Shown: one piece after another, positions 36,850-49,902 of the stretch
Position numbering within the stretch: position 1 is the stretch's first letter
Layout: each line of letters begins with the position of its first letter
Program-made: the position numbers and the translations under genes
The notes under the pieces: model-generated
Told to the model about the DNA's origin: nothing
The model's input: the letters and a program-made list of their open reading frames with translations, nothing else
The model's database searches: none
NCBI GenBank assembly: GCA_965287045.1
Contig: OZ336874.1
Span: 90,024,001-90,088,000 of the forward strand
DNA length: 64,000 nucleotides
Source: Carcharhinus amblyrhynchos
Lineage: Eukaryota
Direction of reading: 5' to 3'

Positions 36850-37880
36850 TTTTGTTAGTATTGAGCGTAACTAGGAAAGTGAGTAGAGGCCAAGCAGAGC
36901 AGGACCAGCCGCTCAAAGAAGGAAGGTGAAGGAGAAAAGGGTTCTTAGCAAAAGATGGTATTTATAGACAACGTTAAGGGATCAGTTGTTGTCCCTGAAC
37001 TTTAATCATTACCAATGTTCAAAATGTCTGTACTTCACTCATGAAATCCTGACTGAAATCTGCTAACTACTGAATCCATAACTGAAACCTCAAGATACAG
37101 TAAAAATTGTGTTTCCTGTGGCTGGGAATGTGTTTGTGGCTCTGAACCTTTATATCTCTGGCTCTTTCCAGGCTGCTGATCAAGATGTAAGTAACACTCA
37201 GTTTGCAATGTATTCCTGAATAAAGGAAGTAGTTACTGATGCTCTCCATGTAAAGAGGAGAAGGTCATGTCAGCTCCTCCTGCCAGAGACAAGAAGAAGG
37301 AATAACCATGAGGATTTTCAGGGAATGCATGCTTCTTCATCTTGTAGAATGCCATTGATTGTATGCATGTAGCGTTGTATATACCTCTTGTGAACTCAGA
37401 CAATTACCTGAAAAAAAGGATTCCATTCCCTTAATATCTTTGACCCCTGGCAATACCCCATGCAGATCAAGGCCGTTATTTTGATAGCAGTTCTGATTAA
37501 TTTATTTTGTGACAGCCCACTAATCTAGTTGTATCTCAGTCAACACAGGAAACCAAGAGTGGGTGACGAGGGATATCCACTCTTGTCACGGTTTATGATT
37601 TGAGTCTGAAATCCATTCACACGTGCACAAACCATATGATAACCATTCTGTCACAAAGATTATTATAGTGGTCCATTGGCATTCTTGCGCAACCTTTCTG
37701 CTACTTGAGCTGTTCTGGAGCAGCTCTTCCATGTTCAGCTGAATGGATCTCAATATTTGCTGTGGTGTGCTAAATGTTGCAAAATCTGTCCATCACGAGG
37801 AACAACTATCAGGTAAGAAGTTTAGGAATAGGACCATGAATTCAAGAGGAGGTCGCAACCTGAACAGATCCTTTTTGTTT
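36850..37880 (+). pseudogene. Harbinger (HARBI1-like) DDE transposase, degenerate
   Basis: Manual translation: FTHEILTEIC, VALNLYISGSFQAA, VTDAL, AIDCMHVAL, FHSLNI, GDEGYPL, IGILAQPFCYL.CSGAAL, VVC*MLQNL. Confidence 0.85.
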
Positions 37881-38099
37881 GCCTCTAGGTGAACAAATAA
37901 TTCATAAACAATACCAATAGCCACAACTTTAATTCCCCTATCATCAACATTTCCACACTCCCTAGTGTTCCTCTGTCACTTGACTATCATGTTGTCCTTT
38001 TCCACAATGCTAAAATAAAATCCAACACAAGATACACATTCCAATCCAAATTTAGAAATGAAATCATATCATTGTGCACACAATATATGCTAATTAGTC

Positions 38100-38783
38100 T
38101 TGTACATTCCCTAACCGCCTCTTCTGCATGTCTTTGTCTGCCCTGGTTCTCTTATGAGATGCTTCCCCAAAGGCTGGAGCATGACTGGTGAAAGGTTGCT
38201 GATGGTCTTAGTGAAGATTGCAAATGGTCTTAGTGGACGGAGTGCAGGGTGTTAATCTGCTAAGGGCCTATTGGCCCATCTTCAGAATACATCACTTTAA
38301 TCTAGGCTGCAGAAGTTTGGTCATGTAGAGTAGCAAGAATGAGAGCAGAATGTTGTTATTCTGAGAGAGGATGGCAGGTCCATACCCCACTGAACAATTA
38401 CCACTCTACTGGGCAGCTCTTTACTATTCCTAAATTGCTGGAGAACAGTTTGCTGGAATGCTATGGTGCCATGGCAACCCAATTATAGACTGGTATCTAG
38501 ATCCATGATGCCAGCAGTGTGAGCTATGGCATTTGAAGATGCATTCACTGACTTTGAGAGCTCATGTCAGGTCATTAAACTGCATTGCATCCAGGTTCTT
38601 TGAGATACAGTCCTGACATTGACCTCTATTGCTTATTCCTTCCATTGCCTTCTGAGCATGTGTAAGAGGGCCTCCAATCCTCTTAGGAATATGAGACACC
38701 ACTACTTTTTTTCACCTTATCCAACAGATTTACAGTGCAAAATTTGAAAATCTTGGAGTGCATTCTCTTCAATAATCAGCCAT
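38100..38783 (-). pseudogene. Harbinger Myb/SANT-like accessory gene, degenerate
   Basis: ATG at 38783: MADY*RECTPRFSNFAL...LLDKVKK...MLRRQWKE (cf. RERAPRFSDAALEALV..LRRQWEEI); convergent with the transposase. Confidence 0.65.
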
Positions 38784-38837
38784 TGTTTAGTCTTCCAGAT
38801 CGCAATATTCAGAATGTGCCACAGTCACACTACACGC

Positions 38838-39560
38838 CCCCTTTAAGAAGTGCAGGTTATCATTAAGTAGTGTTAGACACTTAAATATGGGCCACCTGAT
38901 GACATGCAGCCAATGAACTGCTTGGGGACTGTATACCAATATCATAGAATCCATACAGTGCAGAAGGAGACCACTCGGCCCATCGAGTCTGCGCCAACAC
39001 TTATATAGGCTTATCCCAGAACCCCACTTATGTACCCGCTAATTCTCCTAACCTATGTATCTTGGGACACTAAAGGACAATTTAGCGTAGCTAGTCAACC
39101 TAACCTGCACATCTATGGACTGTGGGAGGAAACCAGAGCACTTGGAGGAAACACATGCAGACGTGGGGAGAATATACAAACTTCACACAGACTATGACGC
39201 AAGGCTGGAAGTGATCCCAGGTCCCTGGCACTGTGAGACAGCAGTGCTAACCACTGTGCCACCATGCTGCCCAAAACATGCCAATTAATCATGGAAGGGG
39301 GCAGTCCAAAACTACCAGCATCTTTAGTGTCCCAAGATATATAGATTAGGGGAATTAGCGGAGTAAGTAAGTGAGATTCCAGGATAAGCTTATGTAAGTG
39401 TTGGTACAGATTCAATGGGCCGAGTGGTCTCCTTCTGCACTGTAGAGATCCTATGATATTGGCATGCAGTCTTCGTGCAGTTCATTGGCTGCATGTCAGC
39501 AGGAGGCCCGTATTTGAGTGCCTAACACTACTTAATGCTCACCTGCACTTCTTAAAGGGG
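38838..39560. repeat. ~240-bp inverted duplication (arms 38838-39075 and 39322-39560)
   Basis: Arms align end to end by eye at roughly 85% identity. Confidence 0.92.
38941..39272 (-). mobile_element. HE1-like V-SINE
   Basis: Full head, V-domain and CR1-type tail on the minus strand. Confidence 0.87.
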
Positions 39561-40562
39561 ACGACCCACCCAAACTTGGCATCCCATCCATATTTCAATC
39601 AAAGGTCTAGGGCTATTCAAACATTGTGATCTTTGGGTTTGGTTTGGGGAATTATTCAATGTAACCCAGAATACCCCAAAGGTTTGTATATATTTTCAAG
39701 AGGTGCCGCCATGTCTCTCTTAGGTGCATCTCTGTGCTTTGCCCAGGTGCAACCTGATGGCTAAGATATTAATGCATTGCAATGGTTTCATTTCATTCAT
39801 TTCAGTGCATCTGAGTCCCTTTGAGGACTCTTCTTAGTCCTTATGATACAGCATAGAGGGAATGCAGCCTATTGTACCTATGTTGGCTCTGTGAAAGATA
39901 TATCCAATTCATTCCACTCCCTCTCCTTTTTCCATAGCCTTGCAAATTTTTACCCAGAAAGTGATGAGAAGGTATCTGTGAAGATTGACTTAAACTTAGT
40001 TTGTCCAATCCCACGCAGAACAATCAGCAGCCAGCCTCCATAACCAGCTCTTCTCCATCACAATCTCTTATGCTCCAGCACAGGTAATGTCGCACGCTTG
40101 AAGATCCTCCTTAAATTTTGCTAGGTTTTCTTTGGTCAGCCCCATGTTCTTATTCCATCTGGTGGTGTCCAGTCTACTGTTGAACAGAGTATAAATTCTC
40201 CAGGTACTTCTCAAGGAGATCTAAGCCACAAAATTTCACACTGAGCAGGCTTATGCATGTTCCCAAAATTCCTTTGCTCCTATGTTCTGTTCAGTCCCTT
40301 GAATTTGGTCTGCAGTTCAGTTAGATCATGATTAATTGACAAGTAAATGGTTAATTTCAATGTTACTGACAGAAAGATTTAGGAGCTCCTTGAATTTGTT
40401 ATTGGAGATGAACAATAACAACTTGTACTTTTATAGCCCCTTTAACATAATAATACGCCTCAAGGTGCTTCATAGGAACATAATGAAATCCATTCTTCCT
40501 GTGTCATTGTGTGCTATGTAAGCTTGTATTTTTTTACTGAATTTAATACTCAAAGTACAAGA

Positions 40563-41801
40563 TGTTATGATGGTTGTTACATTTGTTGCTGCCTCGTTAC
40601 AAAGGGGAGTTATTTGATAGGTCACCAGATCAGTTCAAGGGCCAGTTAGCGAGTTATAATAATATGAAGGGAAATGTTCCAGTGAATCATAGAATTCCCA
40701 GAATCATAGAATTCCTACTGTGTAGAAAGAGGCCATTCAGCCCATCAAGTCTGCACCTACCACAATCCCATCCAGGTCCTATTCCCATAACCCCACATAT
40801 TTACCCTGCTAATCCCCTGACATTAGGGTCAATTTAGCATGGCCAATCAACTTAACCCACACGTCTTTGGACCGTGGGAAGAAACCGAAACACTGGGAGG
40901 AAAACCCACACAGACACAGGAAGAATGTGCAAACTCCATGCAGACAGTGACCCGAGACCAGAATTGAACCCGGATCCCTGGTGCTGTGAAGCAGCAGTAC
41001 CACCATGACGCTCCGAAAGAGGGAGAAAGGAGGGGGGCGGGGAGAAGCCCCAATACAAAGTCCTAGGTAACGGCCAAAGACAGGGGACAGAAGTAGGTCC
41101 TAGTTAAGTTAAGAAGAAAATAAAGGAGCAGAGAAATAGGCTTCAAGTTATAGAAAGTACAGTGGGGAGCAGACTCTCAGTAAAGAGGGCCATTGGGACA
41201 AAGATGCCCCTTTAAAGCAATGGTATTCTCCTCGGCATGGCCAACAATCTGAAATTATGCTTGTAGATTGATACTTAGGTGTAGGCAGGAATCCAAGGAA
41301 ATGGAATCTGGGAAGGCAGGACTTAAGCCATGTAAGGTTGGCCATCTTTGAAGCTATCCAAGTTGGAATAACTTTTGGAAAGAATTCCAAAGCAAGGTCT
41401 TCAAAGTGAAAATTAGAAATGCTGTTAAGAAAGATGGAATTTCAGTGAGTTTGGTTGACTAACTTCTAAATTTTTGAGAAATCCATAAAATCTGTTTTGG
41501 CCACATCCCCCATTTATTATGTAGTGTGGAATGTCGGATGGTTAATACACATGTACCCCGTAATTAATGTGAATGTTAGAGTATAAAGTGCATATTGTAA
41601 ATGGTTTTATTTTTCAGAACCTGTATAGTAAAGTTAATTTTTGTTTGTTCAAAACCCATGGAATCTTGTGATCTTATTCACTTAATCTTGAATCTCAAAC
41701 TTAATCTCGTGAATCTCAAACTTTATCTACTTTAAACAAATCAGTTTTGATCCCTAACCAGATCTCACCCACAGCCTGGCACCTGTCCAAGCACCATTAC
41801 A
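40563..41801 (+). mobile_element. Probable solo LTR with an inserted SINE
   Basis: TGTTATGATGG...ACCATTACA termini, near-TSD AAGA/AATA; lies between two parts of an L2-like tail (40410-40485 and 41805-41935). Confidence 0.5.
40685..41010 (-). mobile_element. HE1-like V-SINE
   Basis: Head, V-domain and CR1-type tail. Confidence 0.87.
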
Positions 41802-41949
41802 AATATTATAAAGCAAAACTGAAAACTGGGCAGCATAAGTCAATTTTAGGGCAGTTGACCAAAAGCTTGGTCTGGTCAAGAAGTTTTAAGGAGTATCTTA
41901 AGGAAGGAAGGAGATGTACAAAGGTGCGGAGTTTTTTTGCAGTGAATGA

Positions 41950-42480
41950 CTCATTTCTTGGCTCCCTAGAGCCTTTCTGCCACATAAGTCAGGAGTAGAA
42001 TGGAATACTCTTTGTTTGTCCGTATGAGTGCAATTCCAACAGCACTCAAGAAGCTCAATACCATTCAAGCCAAAGCAGTCTGCTTGATTGGTACTCCATC
42101 TCCCACCTTAACCTTTATCTGCAGAGTGCAGCATCTTCATGGTGCACTGCACAACTTGTCAAGACAATTCTTCAGCAGCCCAATTGTAACTTATCCCACT
42201 TAGATGAACAAGGACAGAAAGTGCATGGAAACCTCATTAACTTCAAAGACTCCTCCAATCACACAAACATTGACTTGAAAATATGTCACTATTTCTTCAT
42301 TATTGCTTGAGTCAAAACCCTGGAATACTCAATCTAACAGCATTGTAGAAGTACCTTCCCTACATGGACTGCCAAAGTTCAAGAAGGCACCTCACCATCA
42401 TTTCCTCAGGGGAATTAGTGATCAGCAACAAATACTGGCCTTGTTAGTGATGCCTCCATTTTGTGAATGAATTAAAAATA
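41950..42480 (+). mobile_element. CR1/L2-group LINE 3' end
   Basis: ORF MEYS...PTALKKLNTIQAKAVCLIGTP; tail as at 1-160. Confidence 0.78.
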
Positions 42481-42919
42481 AGTATTTGGTGAATGGAGGG
42501 CCAAGATATGCAATTGAGATTTAGTACAGGCAATTGTAAGTGACTGGGTGAGATACAAGTAATTTTATTGTAAAGTTATTTTGCGATTGTTTTAAGGTTG
42601 GCTGTTAAAAATGTTTTAAATGGTTCCTTCAATAATTTCATCAACACTTTGGTGGGCAGTGCCAAGGTGCCCAGTTGGCGGTGCCATAGTGCCAGGCTAA
42701 TCACATGTAAAGCAGCATTAAAATATATTTAAATAATTTATTCAGCTTCTTGCCAATTTCCAGCAAGAGGCTAACCTCGCCAGAAATCCAGCTCCCTGTA
42801 AGATTGCTGGAGCTGAAAAATTGGGCTTGATCCTGATTTCTCAGCTGTCATGCAATTTTACTGGTCCACCCCATCCATTAATAGGTCTCACTAAGATCAC
42901 CTCTCATTCTTCAATCTGG

Positions 42920-43372
42920 AGATTGCCTTCATCAGCCGAGGCATAGATTACCAAAGCAGGGAAGTCAAATTGGAGTTGAATAGAGCTTTGGTGAGGTCAC
43001 AGCTAGAGAACTGTGAGAAATGTGAGTTTTGGTCATCACATTATTGGAAGGATGTGATTGCGCTGGAGGTGGTGCAGAGGAGATTCACCAGGATGCTGCC
43101 TAGAATGGAACACTTAAGTTATGAAGAGAGATTGGGTAGGCTTGTGTTGTTTTCATTGGAGCAGAGAAGATTGAGGGGTGATCTGATAGAGCTGTACAAG
43201 ATTATGAGGGACATGGACAGAATTGGTAAGGAGCAGCTGGTCCCCTTAGTTGAAGAGTCAGTTACGAGGAAAAATAGGTTCAAGGTGAGGGACAGGAAGC
43301 TTGGGGGAGAACATGAGGAAAAATGTTTTTGCTCAGAGGGTGGTGACAGTCTGGAATGCGCTGCCTGGGAGT
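42920..43372 (+). mobile_element. CR1 ORF2 C-terminal fragment
   Basis: ORF 42970-43437 VQRRFTRMLP..SLEQRRLRGDLIE.YKIM. Confidence 0.85.
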
Positions 43373-44529
43373 TACTTGATTACTGTACCACCACTTCATG
43401 CACAATTGAACATGTTCAAGATAAAATCTGTTATTGACAATTCATTCTTCTTGTTACTCATTTGCCTTGCAGTTGTAATTGACTGAAATTCATGAATAGT
43501 TTCATAACAGATTTAGATAACTTTACATCTATCATCATTCAACAATTGGGTACAATGTTTAAGGTTTTATCTATTGCCCCAAGGAATATTTGAAATATGT
43601 GGCTTTAACTCTGTTACTTGGGACAATTACGGATGAGCAATAAATGCTGGCCCAACCAGTGATACCCACACCCTTCTAATGAACAAAAAAAGTAAGTCAC
43701 TGTGGTTGTTAAGCTAAACCTTAATTTCTGCGCCATTTTCACTTTTGTCAATATGACATACAAACCAAAGGGGGAAAGTAAAATACTTCAGTATTAACAA
43801 TTGTTGAGAGACAATCCCAGTAATCACAAGAATCTTAGACTCAGAGGGACCCATTGTAACCCTGCCAATTGTTCTGCGATTCTGTCATTCTCCCACTGGA
43901 GTTACTACAGGCACCCCCTCAGTTTCAACAAATATTCAGGATCACCACTTCTACAAAGATATCTTCTACTTCTAAGTTCCTGTCCAACACTTTTATATAA
44001 ATGAACACTCACACTCAACGATAAACACTTACAATTTTTTTGTTTTCCTTACTGTGTCTCCAGAAAGTAGTTTTTCTTGACATTCTGTTGCGATGGGAAA
44101 GTTGGTAGTAGAATGCTCACTTTCGTCACTGTTTTTTAAAGATGTGGCAGTGTGACAATTTCTGAGATGCTGAATCTGAAAATATCTAGATACTGTCGTA
44201 GCCAGATTGTACTCTCAATGTGGTCAAAAATGTGCCTTTCCTTGCAAGGGACCTGACCTATGATAGCATGACCCAGAAGTAATCGCCATATTCCATATGC
44301 CAGTTACTAGATGTATTGTGTGATACACCAGAAACATCTCTGAGAATTTTAAACATGACGATCTGTGGGAAGGACCTGAAGCGACCGCGTTTTTCAGTTC
44401 CTCCCAATTTCCTGGAAACAGTGCAATATTACGCTGATTAACCGCCAGTGTGAAATATCCAGATAGGGTCAGCGAGACTGGGGAGGTGGAAATGTGGCAG
44501 TCGCCTGATCCAGTGGTGACCTGGCAGCA

Positions 44530-45185
44530 TACCAGCATAAAGATCCACTGTTCCCTGCAAGTGGCAACACATGTGGATAAAGTGATCAAGAAGTCATATG
44601 GCATGTTTGCCTTCATTGGTTGCAGATTATTGGGGCAGAGAGTATCAAAATTGGCAACCATGTTGCAGCTGTATAGAACTTTGCTTAGGTCGCATTTGGA
44701 ATATTGTGTACAGATCTGATTGCCACAATAAAGAAGGATATGGAGGCTTTGGACAGGGTACAGAAAAGGTTCACCAGGATATTGCCTGGTTTGGAGGATA
44801 TTAGCTGAGGAGAGATTGGACAAATTTGGTTTGTTTTCACTTGAACTTTGGAGGCTGATGGAGGTAGCCTAATAAAAGTTTACAAAATTATGAGAGGCAT
44901 GCATAGAATGGATAGTCGGAGTCTTTTTCCCAGGATAGAAATGTCAATTACTAGGGGACATAGGTTTAAGGTAAAAAGGGCAAAGTTTAAAGGAAACGGG
45001 TGACATAAGTTTTTTTTTACAAAGAGTATGGTAAGTGCCTGAAATGTGCTGCCAGAAGAGGTGGTAGAAGCAGATACAATAGAAATTTTAAGAGGCATCT
45101 TGACAGATACATGAATAGGCAGGAGATAGACAGATACGGACTGTGTAGAGGCAAAGATTTTTAGTACAGAAAGGCGTCATTTTTA
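44530..45185 (+). mobile_element. CR1 3' fragment
   Basis: SLQVATHVDKVIKKSYGMFAFIG..LQLYRTL..HLEYCVQ. Confidence 0.85.
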
Positions 45186-45269
45186 CTTGGCTTATTGTCC
45201 CCTCCACCACAGTCTTCATGATGATGTGACAGCAATTGATCTTTCCTCTATCCCTGTCCTTGGGTGCCT

Positions 45270-46352
45270 GAGTGGTCCCATCTATCAACTGGCCATCTGG
45301 CACCTTGATGGCCACATGAATGCAATCAATTGCACCAAGATGTGGGGGAACCACAAATCCACTGGACTGCTCACCCTGACTGTCTTGGTTTATCCTGAAA
45401 TGGATCAATATCCTCACCCACCTGAACAAAGTGCCATTCACCAGCTTGACACAGCTATGCACATCTGACTGGGTGACTGCATATATCGCTTACAGACTTC
45501 TGGAAAGATCCCACAGAAGTTAAGGGCCACAGTCATTTTGAGAGCCATGGGATTTGGGTGTCCACCCACACAATTGGAGGCTATCCCTGGATATTATGTT
45601 TTCCCTTGCAAGTCGGAGACTAGTGTGGCACTGGATCTCTGTTGTGTAAGTGTAGGTGGATTAACGGCTGAACGGCCTGGCAGCTGGTTAGTGGTATTTT
45701 CTGAGGGGCTGTACTATTTGCCCTTTCTGTTGGCTCGGAACATCCTGCTCCTGCAGATCTCCTCTTAGATGATGGCTGCTCTTTTCTTTTTGGCCCTTGT
45801 CTTCCTCCTCAATGGAAGTGTTCTTTCATGAATACTCAATAATCCACCTACTGATATGCATGAGGGGCTGATTGGTGTACTGTTTGTGCCTAAGGGTTGG
45901 AAATATCAGAGAGATTTAACAAGACTGAAATGTCCTGAAAAGTCCAAACAAGATGCACAAACCTCAAAGGAAACCAATGAAAACATTCACAAACCTCTAG
46001 CCTAAGCCCGTGCCAAACTCTGGAAAGCTCTGACCAACTCAGCCTGCCTTTGCTCCTACCTCATTTTATCCCACACTTAGATGACAAGTTGCCAAAAACG
46101 GTTTGCTGCTTGCCTGTGTTGCCCATGTGCTAACCTAAAAACTGCACAGGCAACATTAAATCCAGGCTAACTCATGTTTAAGACATTTACATTGCCTTCT
46201 TAAATGTCAGTGGGTGGTGGTCTAACTTGCACATGCATCCAGCAATCAAAATATCACGTGAATACATGATGATGCTGGGATGCCTTTCCCACATTTTCTT
46301 GCGCTATTTTGTCCAGTTACAGGTCGGGCACATTGGATATTAAATATTGCCT
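45270..46352 (-). mobile_element. Harbinger 5' half with transposase remnant
   Basis: GAIDCIHVAIKVP (ORF 45088-45462); GGHPNPMALKMTVALNF upstream; subterminal region matches 6672-6900. Confidence 0.8.
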
Positions 46353-46988
46353 CTGTTTTATTTACAGAGATGAATTGAAATAATGATTTGCGATCAGATA
46401 CAGCTTCAAATCATCAACTAGTTCATGTCACAAAAAATAGATGAATGAGTACAATTAGATCATTTCACAACACTTTTCAGGTATGGAAACTATAAAAATA
46501 TTAATAATAAATAATCACATCCCTGAGTTAATCTATTGAGTAAACAGGCTACTCTCAATTGTCCACTTAACTTATTACTACCATTTATAATGATACTTAT
46601 GTGATAATGCCAGGAGGAAGGGTTTTGCACCTTCTGTTCAAATTATAGGTAGCTATGAATTTACGTTTTATCAAATATATATTTTACATTGGGATAAAGT
46701 TTTTTTAAAAAGCAGATGAAGCAGCTAAACTTTCAGTCAGAAACCATTGCACACTTTAAGATCTGTCTGCTCACTCCTCAGTTTTGAATTTTCTGTAATT
46801 CTGCACAAAATAATGTTTTTCTGGAAGAAAAAGGATGCCATCTGTCTATTCATTATGTTTGCTGCTAATGCCCATTCCCACTGTTACAGTATCAGCTTCA
46901 TTAAAATCTAAATGTCCCAAAAGTTATGCTCTATTCCAACATCATTTTGCAATGCTAGATTGGGTGAAGTAAGCTAAAATGAGACTAT

Positions 46989-47114
46989 GGCTGGAATTTT
47001 ACCGCGCCACCCACCGCAAGAATTGGAATGGGTGAGGGGCGGAAAATGGGAAGGTCTGTTGACCTTGGAATGGGATTTTATGGTTTCAGGATGAGGAGGG
47101 TGTAAAATCCGGCC
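46989..47114. mobile_element. ~125-bp MITE
   Basis: TIRs GGCTGGAATTTTA / TAAAATCCGGCC; inverted sister copy at 56212-56333. Confidence 0.7.
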
Positions 47115-47283
47115 CACAGTTTTATTATTACCAGAGTGAAGTTAATTTCATCTATGTTCTTAAATGGTGATTAGACCACTTAAGAATATAGGTAAAATTA
47201 TTATTACTTTAAGATGTATATCCTTTGTCTACATGATATTTGGATGAAAAGCATTGCCTGTTACATTCCAACAATGTGGAACT

Positions 47284-47410
47284 GAGCTTTTGAAAAGGAG
47301 TGCTGCTCCTTCATCATCACCTAATGAAAGAGCAGTGCTCTGAAAGCTCGTGGCTTGTGCTACCAAATAAATCAGTTGGACTTTAACCTGGTATTGTGAG
47401 ACTTCTTACT
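47284..47410 (+). ncRNA. Degenerate minimal type-I hammerhead ribozyme motifs in a Penelope terminal repeat
   Basis: CAC-CTAATGA-AAGAGCAGTGCTCT-GAAA-GCTC-GTG on +; TGATGAAGGAGCAGCACTCC on - immediately upstream. Confidence 0.55.
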
Positions 47411-47594
47411 CCAATTGAGAATGAAGGTAACTTGCAGGCTCTGTAAATGCGCCCTCAGAGATATCTGGCTAAGAACCCTCATGGTGAAGGTAACCTCTGA
47501 ATAGTTGAAAAGATGTAAAAATAGGTGTTACTGTGCTTACCTGTTAATTAGTATGTAGGGGGAATCCCATCCATAGGATCGCCTGTAACTGATG

Positions 47595-47900
47595 CAACAC
47601 AGTGGGACAGTGGTTAGCACTGCTGCCTCACAGTATCAGAAGACCCAGGTTCAATTCCTGGCTTGGGTCACTGTCTGTGTGGAATTTGTGCATTCTTCCT
47701 GCGTCTGCATGTGTTGCCTCTGGGTGCTCTGGTTTCCTCCCACAGTCCAAAAGATGTGCAGGTTAGTTCAATTGACCATGCTAAATTCTCCCTCAGTGTG
47801 CCCAAACTTGCGCTAGAGCATGACGACTTGGGGATTATCACAGTAACTTCATTGCAGTGTGAATGTAAGCCTACTTACTAAGAAATAAACTTTAAACTTT
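47595..47900 (+). mobile_element. V-SINE, AATAAA-type tail
   Basis: Same structure as 2297-2612. Confidence 0.85.
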
Positions 47901-48959
47901 TTGGTGTGGCCCTCTGGCATCCATTGCTCTGGGCTAAGGAGGGGGTGGGGGGGGTGGTGGGTAGGGTTGTACTGCTGGATTTAAAGAAAGGAGAGGTTGG
48001 TGGCCCACTGGCCTAACACTGGGAGACCGCTTCCAGAAAATGGTTAGACTTCAGCTTCAGTAGGAAGTCAATCCACCATCAAGAAGATTCCAGAGGTGTT
48101 AGCAATTTGAGGAATTTAGTTGAACCTAGTTACCTAACTGCTGCTGATGGGGAACTGATCCGGTGTGAGACTCTCTCATTTTCCTTCTAACCTTGCCTAC
48201 AAACCAGATTTAATGGTACTGAGAAAATTCAACCCCTACTATTTCAGAAATTCTGTTATTTCTATCAAACTTAAAAAGATTTGAATTAAGTATGCATAAA
48301 AATGGTATGAATGATATAACAAATAAAGTCAAGCCAGGTAGTAGTTAAGCTCACAAACTCAAATGGTAAGCACACTTATTTGGAAACACAGGGTGGAATG
48401 TTGCACAGCTAACCAGCTTGCAGCAGGAGGCCAGTAACAGATTGGGAATCCATTAGTTATCTTAGAGGGCTTTGCCGTGGCTCTTGAACTCAACCATGGT
48501 ATCAACAGTCTCCTTCCAGTTTTTCCAACCAATCTGAGTGAGAATGAAGGCGACATGCCAAATCTGTTAAAGAAAGAAAGGACTTTTGGTTAAAGGATCC
48601 CAGCAGGGACAGAACAACCGAAATGTCTGTTTGTTTCTTTGGTTTCAGTAATGATAATAATGGAAAGAAGACTTATAGAGGCTGTGTTACAAACTCAAAA
48701 GGTATGGTTTTTATTCAACTGAATGTAACATTTGTTGCCCCAGTGATTCCTACCTGGCATGGGAAGTTAGTTAGGACATTTAGTAATGATTGCCTTTCAA
48801 AACTCAAATATATCCCTTTCCATAATAAACAACAGACAGCTTTACATGCACTGTCATGTGTAACTGAATTATCCACTACATGACAACTGCTCTCATGCAT
48901 TAACAAACTTTGCTATTCTTGTCAGTCTCCACAGATGCGTTGCATTACAGAGTTGTTAA

Positions 48960-49640
48960 GTCATGCAGGTCACCTGGCTAAGGAGCAGTCTCTACTCTCA
49001 AAGGCACTACAGGAGATGGCTGCAAACATCATTAAAGTTACAGATGACAAACTCAGTGATTTGACATAGAACATCGATGCTTGCTTGGATGAACTTCAGA
49101 ATACCAGCAAAAAGTTCAGTGAGGTGGAAGTTAGAATCCTTAATGTTAAAAGTGCTGCTTCTTCAGTTGAGGCTCTGCTGCAATCCTTAGAGAATGAGTT
49201 GTATGGTATGTCAGATATCTTTGGATCTGGAAAATTGTGCCTGGAGGAAGAATATCCATGTGATCGGTTTTCAGAGGGAGCTAAAGGCAGGCTCCTGTTA
49301 AATTTGATGGAAACAGGCGGCTACATTTTTTTAACCTTGATGTGAAGGTGGGGCAGATCAAGCTTGGAGGGGTGCATCATATCCTATCCTTGAGGCCCAG
49401 GGACAACCAATGTTCTTGGCCTATTCATATATTTCCATAGTTCAGGGAGTGCCAGAGAGTTTTGGAGGCTGCTAGGCCTTGTGGGACTTGGCTGTAAGAG
49501 GTGGTGAAAGGCTTGTTCTTACAGGACTTCTCGGCAGCAGTGCAGCAAAAAGGCAAAGTATTTGCTGCGGTTAGAAAGTGTTTGATGTCATTTGGAATTT
49601 AGTATGCCCTGCACAACCCTGCTGAGATTTGATGCATCTT
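48960..49640 (+). pseudogene. L1/Tx1-clade ORF1 remnant
   Basis: Coiled coil FSEVEVRI..LQSLENE, then decayed RRKNI..SEGAKG, LQDFSAAVQQKGKVF, TLLRF. Confidence 0.65.
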
Positions 49641-49679
49641 TACCTATCACTGCAACCCCACTCATTGTTCCATGGCTAA

Positions 49680-49902
49680 TCCATCTAATGTACACACCTT
49701 TGGACATTAACGGACAATTTAATATGGCCAATCCACATAACCTCCACATCTTTGGACTGTGGGATGAACTGGGGCACCCGAAGGAAACCCATGCAGATAT
49801 GGGGAGAACATGTAAACACCACACAGACAGTCACCCAAGACTGGAATTGAGCCTGGGTGCCTGTGTAGCAGCAGTGCTAACAATTGTGTCACCATGCCAC
49901 CC
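49680..49902 (-). mobile_element. V-SINE
   Basis: V-domain and head on the minus strand. Confidence 0.8.

Noticed and set aside
36850-37880. Host HARBI1 gene
   Set aside because: Many stops and frameshifts plus a paired Myb gene indicate a dead transposon, not the domesticated gene.
47541-47582. 42-nt minus-strand exon candidate ending CAG|GTAAGC
   Set aside because: The acceptor lacks a pyrimidine tract and abuts a SINE head; the peptide is not recognised.
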